Shown here: positions 34,418-47,409 of the stretch, in pieces
How the letters are laid out: the number at the start of each line of letters is the position of its first letter
Numbering within the stretch: the first letter of the stretch is position 1
From: Paraspadella gotoi
Taxonomy: Eukaryota; Animalia; Chaetognatha
Reading direction: 5' to 3'
DNA: 64,000 nucleotides
NCBI GenBank assembly: GCA_051294375.1
Contig: CM119264.1
Span: forward strand, 21,857,582-21,921,581
Translations under genes and position numbers: made by a program
Notes under the pieces: model-generated
What the model was told of the DNA's origin: nothing
The model's database searches: none
Seen by the model: only the letters and a program-made list of their open reading frames with translations

Positions 34418-35840
34418 CTTGTCATTGAAAACTCGTGTAACTTTTGACCCCTTTTTCGAGATCGCACTCACGATCTTATATTTACATTTAGACCACACCG
34501 AACAACACCCGATCAAATCCTTCTAGTAATCTTTACATGAATTCACGCGCAGTCATTTTATGGCCCTTCTTTGAAACAATACGCGCAGAATCTGAACAGA
34601 AAAAAAATTGCGAGTAAATTTATTTTGTAACAACGAATATGATTTCGCGTCGTATCGGTTTCAAACTCAAAGGGCAATCGAAACCTTTCTTGAAACAAAA
34701 ATTCCTATCGTGCCGAAAAACGAATTGTACGTTTTCTTTTTTGGAGAAGTGGAAAAGAGCTAAAATCGATACGTATGTTTGGATTTATACATTTAAGCCC
34801 TGTACATACAAGCTCAATTTCCTCTCACGCAATTCCGTTTTGTTTTTTTGTTGTTTTTTTTTCGACTCCTTCAAAGTTAGAATGAATCACGCAGAACCGA
34901 TAATCTTTTTTTCTTTTTTTTTTCAAACTGGATTACCCGTGGAACCTAATCTTCTTGCCTTTCGTTCTGTTCCCAGGCTCCCTAATATGTTACATATTAA
35001 AGAAAAAGAGCTTTATTCCTTATTGAAATATTTTTGTTGAAAAGTTGTTAAAAAAAATTACAAAGAGCAATTGTTTGTAGTGGGATTTCATCCACTCCTT
35101 TTTCATTTTCGAGTTTTCCCTGTTTCACTGTAAAGAAGAATTTGTCAACCGATTGTGAATTAAACTCTTCTGGTTATAAAGACGTCTCATAATTGTAAGT
35201 TCTTAATAAGTATAGTTCTGGTAGAACTTTTAAAATTTCTACGCTCATCCAGATTTTATTTTATGAGTACCTTCTCATTGAAATCAAATTCTCCTAGAAT
35301 TTCTAGATACTAACTAAACGAAAACCTCCTCAAGGTGTTTAAGTTTAAGTTTAAGTTTAACAAAACAACCAAAAGCAAAAGCATTTTTTAAAGTTTTTGG
35401 TTTAGATTTAGGTAAAGAATTTTTGTTTTGTTTTAGCTATCAGGCACCAGATGTCAGGCAATTCTCCAGCAAAACGATTAGATAGATAAAAGAGCACTAC
35501 GTAAATTATATTTTGTTTTTGAGGTCGCCATCTTTTTACCAGTTACTTTCCTTCATCCATCATTATATTTATTTCATTAATTCCCGCAATCTTTTTCAAA
35601 TTCCCCCTTTAATTTTCACCAAACCTCTTACGAATAAGTGTAATTCTAATATAAAAAAATGGATTTGTGTTTTGGGGTTTTATGCCCAATATTGTCAATG
35701 CAAATGCAACTCAAAATCAAAGAATCCAAAAATACTGCATAATGCAACAGCAATACGAATTAAAACTACAGATTTTAACAAAACTATCTATAGAAAAGTT
35801 TGATTGTAGTGGCAACAACGAATTTGTTTTATTAAGAAAA

Positions 35841-35890
35841 ACAGCGCTGAAGAAGGTTCGTATTGTGAACCGAAACATGTCCGTTTTCTT
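35841..35890 (+). ncRNA. Minimal type I hammerhead ribozyme with stem I extended by a 49-bp inverted repeat
   Basis: AGCG-CTGAAGA-A-GGTTC-gtattgt-GAACC-GAAA-C-AT-GTC-CGTT: core CUGAAGA and GAAA, stem II GGTTC/GAACC, GUC triplet at 35879-35881. Flanks 35792-35840 and 35884-35932 are reverse complements with one mismatch. Confidence 0.85.
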
Positions 35891-36905
35891 AATAAAACAA
35901 ATTCGTTGTTGCCACAACAATCAAACTTTTCTCTAAATCACAATACACAACGAAAAGAAAGGAAAATAACATAATGTCTAACAAAACTATCGTGAAACGA
36001 CGAATGCCTAAAACGTTTAATTCTCGGAAACTATTGGTTTTCTTTATATGCTCTGCAGAAGAATCTATCTTCTAACCCGCGGAGACTTACGTTCATACAA
36101 CGCCCGTCCGTGTTTTGATTTAATAAGTTTTATTTATAGAATAAGATAATGGAACGGTTGTGCAAAAAAAAAACAACAAAAAAACAAACAAACAAAAAAA
36201 AACAAACAAACAAAACGTGCTGAGACGGGATTATGACTTATTAAAACTTATGGTGGACTCTTAATAAGAGGCCTTGGGCCTTAGTGCCGTGTCACCCGAA
36301 GGTAACCAGACAATTTTCTGATTACCAAATTGTTCGGCGGAAGGCTGAGGATTCTGGTCGTTTTGACGGTCTGTCAGTCTTATGGCACGAATCATTTTTC
36401 GTGGGGATCAAGTGCTGCCATTTGTGTTCAGAATTCCTAATTGATATATTTTATTATAAATTACTCAGCTAACCTAATTGCGATTCAAATCGCAAAGCAC
36501 ATAATTAGCCAATTATTTTTAATGTATATTAATATTTGGTTAAAATATCGAATCGTTATAATAAGCCCGGAGTTACATGAACAAACATTGATTTTTGATT
36601 TTTGCTGTAAGCTATGGCTTCAATGGATTCAAAATGTTTGTATATTCATTCGACTGCTAATTGTGAACTTTTTTCTAATGTGCCCACGATTAATTGATAT
36701 TTTGCTATTAATCGCATAGCTCTTTGTTAATAATTAAGGGATTAATAACGAGTTCATGATATTTTGTCGTTTACTTCTTGCTCGTTTTCGAATCCCACTT
36801 TCTCATTCTTCCTCTGCATCTTTTCCTCTCTCTGTCTCTCTGTCTCTCTTTCTCTATCTGGCACAGAAGAGCTCTATCTCCTCTCTTGCTTTTGCGTTCC
36901 ATCAT

Positions 36906-37028
36906 ATTGGCCGATGCTAGACAGATTCCGGCTTCTCATTGGTCGTCGGCGTGCCCCTTTTCGGATCCGCCGATCGTCATTGGCTCCGTTCTGCTCGATG
37001 CGATGGTTTTTTTTTGCAATGTCATTGG
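36906..37028. promoter_or_regulatory. Cluster of four same-orientation CCAAT (ATTGG) boxes, a candidate promoter upstream of the tetraspanin
   Basis: ATTGG at 36906, 36938, 36979 and 37024 in a CpG-rich patch. Confidence 0.45.
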
Positions 37029-38012
37029 TTCCTTCCGCCAGACGTGGGATGTTCAGCCTTAGCGTTGTTAGCCAAGGGTGTTACGTACATTTGACTCGCT
37101 CCTAAAGAAGAAAAAGAACGATGGAGAGAGAGAAAGTGAGGGAGACCTGTGCCAATGTATATTTTTTTTTCATAAGTCTTTTCTTCTAAACCGAAAAAAA
37201 AAGAAAAAAAAAGAAACCAACTCGCAAATCTCTGGGATTTCTATCTTTTTCCCCCCGAAAAAACGATTTTCCACGATCCTATGAGTCTCTTACATCGTTG
37301 TGCGTGCGAAGCGCGGGAGAAGGCAAAGCCTCGTCGCAGTTCCTGGCATCGCTCTATTTTGCGCCTCCCGACTTCGTATCATAACGCCTTTCATGGTAAA
37401 GAAAGAAAGAAAAAAAAAAAGAATCGACACGAACGTGGAAAGCCGAACCAAATTTGGTCGCGCCATCGATTCGCTGACGTCATCCCGCGATTTTCGATCG
37501 CGATGCTCATTTCATCGATGACCATTATTTTTTTTATTATAAGAAACTCGACGTCACGGATATTTGTTAAAAAAATCGGATAATTAATTCTTTTTTCAAC
37601 ATAAAACATTATCGGGGAAAAATGTGCAGAGGTGTCATAAGGCGCGTCAGTGTAATTCATCGAGCTAATCATTCTAAAAAGGAAAAAAAAAATTATTAAA
37701 ATTTATTTAAATCGAATTTCACATTTACCGGTGTAAAAATTTACTCGTATTGTTTGTACGTGTTTGTTCTCTGCCGATTGTCGATTGTTTCGTTGTCGAT
37801 TGCATAAACAACTATATTTATTTCAATAATGAATAGAGCGGTCCCCGACTATTCCAGCGCCCACGGCTGTGAAATTCTCACCAAGCACGCGTCATCCATT
37901 GTGAAAAATTGCTTGGCGGACAACAAAAAGGATCGATAAATAACTCTTCTTTCATCAACGTCAGCACCCGGGACCAATTGACTCTCAAAACCGCCCTACA
38001 TTATTTAACGAG

Positions 38013-38109
<97 letters not shown>

Positions 38110-38159
38110 ATCCTCGAGAAAAAAATTGTGTGAGACTCTCTCTCTCTCTGTCTCTCTCT

Positions 38160-38252
<93 letters not shown>

Positions 38253-38705
38253 TCTTCTCTTCTCTCTCTCTAACTAACCGGGATTAATGGACCAAAAAGT
38301 AAAAAAGGGAACTTTGTCAATTCAAAGCAAAAATTCCATTGCGAAAGATGGGAGCAAAATATAAAATAGAAATCGGTCGCTCTTAACAATTCTTATCAAT
38401 GACGCAATATTTAGTTAATGCGCTGTCACCCGCCTCCATTGGCACCGACGACGAATTCGATTATATCCCTTTTGTTTTCGACAGAGTGTGACAACTGCAG
38501 TGTGCCCTGGCGATTACAACGGTAACTTTTTTGTATTTAAAAAAAGACGTGAATAACGCTAGAGGGCCGCCGCAGTTTGATCTTCACCGGAAAAAACTCT
38601 GGAAAAAAACATATTCTCTCTTTCGAGAAAAAGTTACGAATAAACAAAGGAACCCACAAAGAACTATCTAATTGTTTGCGACGCTTAACAAACTCAACTG
38701 GAAAA

Positions 38706-40462
38706 ATGGCGGTCGGCTGCGGGGCTACTTGCGCCAAAGTGATTCTCATCACTTTTAACTTTCTCTTTTGGGTAAGGAAATCGGGTGGGGACTTTTTACT
38801 ACACAAAGTTTTTTTCTCATCGGCATACTCTCTTTCTTACATACTCTTCCATTCCTTTCATCTCCACTCTTTCATCCAGATATCGGGCGTGGCCCTGCTC
38901 GTCCTAGGGATCTGGATCCGCGCAGACCCGACGATCGAGAACAACCTTCGCTTGGTGGAGAATCCGGAGTCGGGACCCATCATGACCAAGTACCTCGCTT
39001 ACGCCCTCATCGCCATCGGGGGCCTCATCTTCGTCGTCGGATTTCTGGGCTGCTGTGGCGCCCTCAAGGAGAACAAGTGTCTCCTCGGTGAGTCGAGAGT
39101 AGAGAAGACAAATGAACAACGGTTTGCTTTAAAAATACTTTTTAAGTTAAAAAAAAGTAAAAGAACAAATAATGAATTTGAAATTGTGATAATTAAAAAA
39201 TAAAAGGTGATGAACTTACCGAGTTCACTAGTGATGATTTAACGGTTTTTTGTTTATACGTCGAGTTTATTTAACATATAAACAAAAGCGATATCAATAA
39301 CCACGAAGACAATGAAGTTCTCTTGAGGTCGTGGCTCCCCTCGGGCGTTGTCTCTCTTGAGACATCTCGTGTCGAGCGAAAGACACAAGTGTGACCTTTG
39401 CCATTAGGGATCGCTGAGTCATAGAGAAGCAAAGGAATAATTAGAAAGACAAATGAATATACAAACTTCCTGATTACAAAAATATCGATAACGAATTTAA
39501 AATATGGTTGCCAAGGATTACGTCAAAGTGACCAAGCGATGAAAGAATGTGTTGAAATACCAAACTCGATGTTTTTTATCTCCCCAAACCGACTCGCAAC
39601 CAATCTGCTCATTGCTCAAGCTCGAACCGAATCTTATCTCGAGACTATTTTTAGCTTCCGACTTTTTCCAGGGTTGTACTTATTCTTCCTCATCGTCATT
39701 GCCGGGGCGGAGATTGCTGCCGGGGTTCTCTCCTTCATTCACAAGGACAAGATCGAGAACAAGTTGGAACAGACGTTCACGAATAAGTTCAAGCTTTACC
39801 TGGACAACAATACCCAACCCGCTATCACCGAGGCCATCGACTACGTGCAAAAGACGGTGAGTGGAAAGAAATGAAATAAAATGTAGTTTTTTTAAAATGT
39901 CATACGAATGTTCGTAAGGACTTTATAAAAATGGATCAAAACTGATTAAATGTAAGGTGTTGGTGATAAAAAAAATGTCGTCCCATAGAGATCTTCCACT
40001 TAAGAAAGAAACTAAAGTAGTTTTTAATTATCATTCATTAGCTGGTGTACCATAATATAAGCATCATTGAATTATTTTTGGACACATAATTTTTAGATGA
40101 AATGCTGCGGACCCAAAGGCTGGTCTATGGAGAAATACCGCGAATACAAGAAGCCAGAATCCTGTGGATCGGAAACGACCGGTTGCGTCAAAAAGTTGGC
40201 AGAGTGGGTTAAGGTGAGCCGATCGAATCAAGTCAATCTATGTACTTAATGCCAAAGAATATATCTGGAGTTTCTTGGTCAACTTATTCGAGAAGGCCCT
40301 TTAACCTATGTATTAACCAAATTTTATAATTTTAATTTTCTGTGATGGTAGGCGAATGCTCCCATATTAATCGGCGTCGGATGCGGCTTTGGCGGCATCG
40401 AGATTTTCGGCATCATCTTCGCCATTTGTTTGTGTCGCGCCGTCGGTGAAAAGGACGACTGA
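38706..40462 (+). CDS. Tetraspanin with a short 4-Cys large extracellular loop (approx. exons 38706-38771, 38880-39087, 39672-39857, 40098-40213, 40352-40462)
   Basis: CAKVILITFNFLFW (TM1), GFLGCCGALKENKCLL, AEIAAG, IDYVQKT|MKCCG, PESC, GCVKKL, TM4 IGVGCGFGGIEIFGIIFAICLC; stop TGA at 40460-40462. Confidence 0.93.
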
Positions 40463-42049
40463 TAAACAACAAAAGAGCATCCACGACTCAGGTGAATTTT
40501 CTTTTTGTTTTGAAGAGTTAGGCGGAGGAGAATAACAATTAAAATTTATAAAGCTTATTATTTATTTTCAGCTTTGCATAATATTTTTTTATCAACCTCC
40601 TGCAATAATTGATTTTTTTTTCCGATTAGGTTGCACTTTTTCTTCCAAAGTCGAAGAGCAGTCTCATGCACATTACGCAAGTTTACATCAAATCAATATT
40701 CAACTATCAATTCCAAAATGCTTACTTTATTAAAGCTTGTTTTTTACAACTGCATTTTCGTAAATTAAGTTGTCGCAGGAATGGTACCAAAACAGCTCAC
40801 ATGACAAACCACTATTGTCGGGTTTGTATCGAATTTTTGACAAAAATTACCAAAGTTATGTTGAGTAGTACTTTATGGCGTTGTTGCTTTATAGAATTTG
40901 TGGTCTTCTGTTATAATTTAATGTAACCCACATTTTTTTAATAGTATAGATTTTTTATTAAAATATATTCTAAGCTATGATCTCAATAAAATATTTGTAA
41001 AAAAATAATTTTAGATTCAAAATAATAAAGATTATTTACATAAAGAAATGGTGCCATACCTCTTTGTGAACAAAAATCAAAGAAAAGTGTAGAGGTAGCA
41101 TTCCATTTTTTTTCAAATTATATCACCATTGTAATTAATAAAAATTTCTTTTTTTGGCACCACCATCAGATCATTTAATGACTGATAAACGTTTGGTTTG
41201 ATCTCGTTTAGTTCATAGATATGGAGTTAAAGTGCCCATTTTTGTATGTTTTTGAATCCTACAAATCATTTTGCTTAAATCAGGATTCTTTGAATCCGAC
41301 CAAATTAATAAGTCATCGTTTTTCTTTAATCTTTAGTGTAGTGTACAAACACTTCGAAAGTTGTACAAATATTGGAATGGTACTTTAGTAGAAACCCAAC
41401 CATCATCTCTATCCTAGATTTAGAAAATCTCGTAGTTGTCGTTGTTAGCCCCTAACACCATCTCCATCTCGAATTTTGTCATCATCCAACAATATTAACA
41501 ATGATAATAATTGATCATAACAATTTGCTATCATTATGTTCCTCCTACTTTCAACAACATGTCACGTAATCTACGTCATAGATGAATTGATTCTTGTAGA
41601 AATGAATCATTAGTTGAACCAATCCATCTCCAACCTCGTTGTCTGAGTTGGTCTAACTGATAATTAATTGGATTAATTACTTCAATGGATAACAATGCTA
41701 ATGTAGCCATTAATCTATCTCTCGCAGCCGTAGCGTATTGCATCAGCACGTCAACAAACTTTTCTAATACTGAATAATTGATCTAATACTAGATAGAAAT
41801 TAGCATTTGGTCATCCATTGTACATCATCGTAATCATCCTAATTGACTTAACATTAGAGATTATGATTAATACATTAATCTTAGCGATAACTGATTAATT
41901 GTGTATCGAGGAAAGTGATTCTGATTCTGGTTTCTAGCATCTCTTTGGCATAGTGATTTTTTTTCACTTGCTGTATCCCCCCCTGATGGTGTATTTTGAT
42001 CCAGTGGCTGGTTGTAAATTTCAGCCATTAGTTTCATGGAATGCATCAG

Positions 42050-43850
42050 AAGAAATAGTGTCTGTTTCTGTTGCTCTTGGTAGTGCTATACTTGGATTCA
42101 TTCCTGGTTCAGTTTGTACTGGAAATTTTGTTTCAGTAAATGATGTATTATTCTAACTTATAGCAGTTGCTAAAAAATATGAGTGACCATCCTAAACTAT
42201 AGCTCTTCCGTTCAACCTTATATTTGATTGAATCATGGGCTTGAAATGACTGGTAGATGCATTAGCTGATCAGGAACATTGAGATGCATGTTTCCTCATG
42301 AGAACTCAGTTTCCTGATATCTGCTGTTACATGCTGTGATTGTCAACGTTTTTATTTCATCCTACGTTGTATATTATCCAAATTTGTATTTTTACTGAGA
42401 ATTTTGGCAATAAATTATAAAGTACTAATATTATAAGAACTTACAAAATATCCTTTATTGCCTTTCTCAGTTAATACAAGCCAAATTCGTCCTCCAGCTT
42501 TCATTCTACTCTTGCATTATTTGTTAAGGATTAAGAATGTACCTCTGTCTACTGAAACGAAATCGGGATAGAGTTGATAAATTATACATTCTTCTTGCCA
42601 CAAAAAATATTCACATTAAGTTTGGAATTTATTATGTTTTCCAGTCTTGGTTGAAAGGTATTTGAATATCTGTGAAAGGTCAGCAAAGTTCTACTATCAG
42701 TTGATTTCATCTTTGTACCTTTCTGCATTCTTTCACCAAATTAGGTTTTTATCTTGCTATGGTTGTTGTTCTTTCTCTGCATATCTCCAATGTTTTCAAT
42801 CAACTATGCGTGATCCATCAGTTTATAATCCAAAGCCAAATTAAGTCTTTTTTTCTTGTTGCATGTATTTGTGGCTATGTTAAATGCTTATGCCAATTTT
42901 ATTCACAAAGGGTTTTCAAAAACGGCACATTACTGTTTAGGTTTAATTTTACTACATTTCAAACCTTTTAAGAAAGTCGTAGTTATGAAAGTTATATGTC
43001 TTTAAAGGTACTGTTCATACAACTTTTTCAAAATCAGCGTCAACTTGTCACATCACTAAACTGTTCGATATGAAAATACCACCCTGAGGTCTGTTTATAA
43101 AACCAAACGACTGCACAGTTATTAACAAAACAAAACAAACTTGATCGCATCACTCTTTCAATTAGCTCAAATGCCTTCTAAAGTTACAACAAAGTTATGT
43201 TGCAGAAAAGTCATCTTAAATATCTGTGACAAATACTAACTATGATGAACTAAATGCCCTTTTAAGTTGTGATTTGCGGTACCTTTTTAACGGTCAAGGG
43301 AAAGTTTTTTATCAAGAATTTTTCTGAGGATACTAGTTTCGGTTCAAGAGCTGACCTTCATGAATTCATTTACTCATTATTTAGGAACATTTTCATTTTA
43401 TCTTTTACTTATGGTACTCCCTCGATACATGCATGATACAAGTATCTTGATAGTAAGTCTTTGTTTGCCTTTTTCAATTTTTACGACAAAAAGGGTTGTT
43501 TACCACTTTTGGATGAAACAACAATTTTTTTTGTAAGGTATGGTTATTGGGTAGTGGCTGGGAAAAATATAGAATCTCTTTCATTGATAAGTAAACAAAG
43601 AAATACCAACACATTAAAGTTGCTTTGTAGTATATTATTTTGGTTCTTCATGTTTGCAGCCTTTTTGTCTAATATCTCTTGTTGTAATAGAATCAGAAAA
43701 AAAATTTAAATTGCTCAAAATGCTGCAAATATGTTTGACTATTTTCTGTGATGAATTATTCGTTTTACTAACCAATCATAAAGTTTTCATGCATATATAA
43801 CCTAAAAGTATATATATTTTCACCTTGTCATTTCATCTCATAAACTATGA
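42050..43850 (-). pseudogene. Heavily decayed retroelement, probably Penelope-like (RT plus GIY-YIG remnants)
   Basis: Fragmentary minus-strand motifs in order: KLYDWLVKRI (~43770), EGVP* (~43410), RYL[+1 nt]DDF (~43220), YNVG*..KTLT..QH (~42350), PGMN (~42100). There are many stops and frameshifts, so the assignment is by eye only. Confidence 0.4.
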
Positions 43851-46096
43851 TTACTGCCATCAAACCATATTCACATGTCGATTACGATCTATTTTAAGAT
43901 TGAATCAAACTATTTGTATTTTTATAGACCATGTTTTATTGAAGTGTATTAATTAGTGTAAATAGCAACGTTTGTTTGTTATGGGCAGTCTGATTTTTTC
44001 ATAACTAATTAATAGTCTGGCAATTTTCTTTCAAGGCTAATTTGTAAATTTTTAAATAAGTAGCAGTCAAGTTTTCCAATTTTAAAATATTTTTATTTCA
44101 AATATTGTTTATTTTTAATTTAGTTTAATAAAAAACTGAGGTGGTGACCACATTTTCTGTGTAAAATAGATTTTGCATGTAAAGCTTTATTTTTTGTATT
44201 TAAATTTTACTTAAAGACTTCCTAATTAACTTATTGTTGTCCATGTTGTAAAAACTGGCATATGTGGATATTGAGCATTGTGTGTATGAAAGTTTAATCT
44301 CCCCGATCCTTTTAAATTTTAGTACTTTTTTTTATAATTTGAAATTCAAAATTATTAGCTACATTTATAGTAAGAATTGTTTGTTGCCTCCTCATGACGC
44401 TGTTAGTTAATTTTTTCCAGGTGTGATTGTTTGCAACTTTAGATTAAACGTTATTGTTGGTACTATCCTAAAAGATTTTGACAATTTCAAAAAGTCCTGA
44501 TTTTTTAAAAGAGATAATAACTTTCAAAATTATAACAGCGACATATTTTGCATGTTGCAACGAAATTCTGTTCGATCCAATTATTTTAAAGAGCTTTTTG
44601 AAATGATTCTTTAAATATTGTAATCCTTTTACTGCTTTGTGATGCAGAAGCTGTGTTTTTAAGTCACCATAAACGTTTGTTCAAAACTGTGACAGAAATT
44701 CATATAGTACAGGCGACTCCAGGAGAAATGAGTTAACGTCAAACTTAGCCCAATGATTCTCTGTCTGTAGTCATTCCCCAACTCATCTTTTTTTTCTTTT
44801 TTGTTCAGTCTCAATAAAAAAAAGAAAAAAAATTCAACATTGTTTATACGACACAAAGATTTCCTCATATTAGCTAAAATAAAAACAAAAAGCCGAAAGC
44901 GCAAGAGAAGAAAAAAAAGTAAAAGAATTTTGCATTTGATCAAAAGAAGCAATAGATTCTTAGAGAGATAGCAAGAAAGAAGAAAGAAAGAAAGAAAGAA
45001 GAAAGAAAGAAAGAAAGAAAGAGAAAGAAAGAAGAAAAAGAAGAAAGAAAGAAGAAAGAAAGAAAGAAAGAAAAGAAAGAAAGAAGAAAGAAGAAAGAAA
45101 GAAAGAAAAAAAAGAAATAAAGAAGAAAAATAAAAAAATAAAGAAAGAGAGAGAGAGTCCCTGAGAGCCTTGTTTTTGATCCTAAGATTCTTTATTTTAA
45201 TAGCTTTTTGAGCTTTCTTTCGTCGCCGAACCATCTTTTACAAATTCCCCCCGCCTTCATGAATCCTTTGATTCGATCGCGAGCGGACAAATGGCGCTTC
45301 GATGAGTTTTCGAAAAAATCCGATCGAAAAAACTCGTACAAAAAACTAAAACGATGGGAAAGAATAACATCCTACTCAATTCCGCAACAACAACGAAAAC
45401 TTGGAAAAAACTATCGAGCGGCTCGTTCGAACAAAGGGTCAGCTTGATGGCGGACAAAAACTACAGCGCCGTAAGAGGGGAAGCTGGGAAAGCAACGAAA
45501 CAAGAGAACAAGTCCGAAGTCAAAACCGAGAAAGACAGGGTGAGTCTGAGCTGATTAGCACGAGTTGAGGTCAAAAAGCCAGATAAATTAAAACGAGAAA
45601 TTAAATTTTAGGAACAATGTTTACGATGTAGGTGATGTAGAAGAGAAAATCGGAGTGTTTGAAAAAAAATTTTCAGTCTCCCTGCATTCAGAAATTTTTG
45701 ATACGGCCGAATGAGCTGCAATTGATAATGGATAAGGCTCTAAATGCGATGAAAACAGTTATCACCCTTGCCAACAATGGAGCGTATCGTGGGCTTTTAA
45801 CAAGGCTAGGGGGGGGGGTTGCTAAGCACCCAAGGCGGTTTACGATCGTCCTCACGCTTCTCGTAGGGTCGGTAACGATTGAACGATTGAACGATTGAAC
45901 CTGGCTTACAAGAGCTTTTCTTAATGAGCTACCGTGTCTCTAGTAGGGGTGAATTTTGCCATGCCCTCCACCGATTTACGGGCGTGTCAGCCTTTACTTA
46001 ACTAAAGGATCCTAGAGAATGGGTCTCGAACGAGCGAACTGCTTGTACAATATTTTTCATTGCCATTTACTACATTGTAATTCTTTATCGAATCAA

Positions 46097-47409
46097 ATGT
46101 TCGGATTTTCCAACATTCCGTCCGCCATTACGGAGAAGGAGAAAATCCTCCAACGTAAATACAAAATCTACGGGCTCAACCGCGACTCTACCGCGCCGTC
46201 TTCGGGGTCGACGACGACGACGACGACGACGACGCCGACGTGCAGAGCGACGACGTCGTCTTCTTACGAAATCCACGAGAAGAGATCCGGAGAAAAGATC
46301 GTCGCTTTCGACGACGATGAGAAGGCGTCTTACGCTCGACTGGAGTCGACGAGAAAGAGAAATAAAGGTGGGATCGGAGAGGAAAGAAAGCAAAGGTTTT
46401 ATTTTATAGAGAATTAAAAACAGGAAAATCCTGAGATGGAAACAAAAAGGCATCTTATGCGGTAAAGGTTTTATCAGAGACGGAAAAAAGGTAAGATTTT
46501 TATTAATACTGAAAAGAAATTGGAAGATCTTTACTTGAGATAAAGATCGGAAGGTAAGGTAAGCGTTATTCCATCCGAAAAGAAAGAGGGATAAAGGTAA
46601 GTGAGATTAAACGTTATTATTACATCTACTATCTACATCTACAATTTTCCTTTCGCCCTTGGACAATCCAAGGAAAGTTTGGGTGCTAATTGGTAATAAA
46701 TTAAGCGTCTTCGTGCTTGGACCTTAGGACTTTTCACAGCGTTGCTGGTAAGTTCAGGTGAGGAAAAGTTAAAAAAGCAATCAACGAGGATTAGATATAA
46801 AAGAGATACTTAATACATATATCAAGAGAACGAAGAAAAAAAAACAGAATGAAAAAAAAGAAAAAAAAAATAGCTACCATAACTTTTTGAGCGACCAAGA
46901 AATTGAGTCGGTTGCAACAGACTGCTCGGCAGAGTTGAGGTAAAATCCGTCATCTTTTCATTTTCCCTTAATCGGGTTAAAAGGGAAAAAAAATTTCAGG
47001 GTGATAACTGAAGATTGGGTTAGGTCCAAAAAAAAAAAAAAAATTAACGGATAAAAAAATTAAAGCGGCTTTTTTAAAGAAGAAAAAGGAACGTAAGGAA
47101 AAAAAGAAAACAAAAAAAAAAGAAAGATGATGGAGAAAAAGAATGAAAGAAAAAGAACTCGATCAGCAAGCAAGCTACATTTTTTTTAACGCAATGCTTG
47201 CAAAATTTCCAGGCAGCTTGCTCTCTCGTCTGAAAAAGCTGGTCCTCCAAGAAAAGGAGGAGAATCTAGACGATGAGGAAGATTCTTACGTCGGCCAATG
47301 GGAGGATGAAGAGGATGAGGAGGACGTGATTGAGTCGCCAAGAGTGACTTCAAAACTACCGATGGGTGATACAAATTATGAACTCAATATTGACATAATG
47401 ACTATCTGA
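46097..47409 (+). CDS. Putative two-exon (possibly partial) orphan gene, 46097-46367 plus 47213-47409; frameshifted duplicate at about 55940-57280
   Basis: MFGFSNIPSAITEKEKILQRKYKIYG...STRKRNKG|SLLSRLKKLVLQEKEENLDDEEDSYVGQWEDEEDEED...NIDIMTI*. Donor G|GTGGGA and acceptor TTTCCAG|GC are phase-compatible (phase 1). No recognised domain. Confidence 0.4.

Noticed and set aside
41050-41200. Minus-strand SDGG motif suggesting a transposase, integrase or RNase H remnant
   Set aside because: A single short motif with stops, insufficient to assign.
44659-45234. 191-aa Phe/Leu/Ser-rich ORF resembling a membrane protein
   Set aside because: It is produced by a (GAAA)n low-complexity tract.
46097-46170. 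Resemblance of PSAITEKEKILQRKY to the NELF-E N-terminus
   Set aside because: It lacks the following poly-Lys helix and any RRM, and the match is too short.
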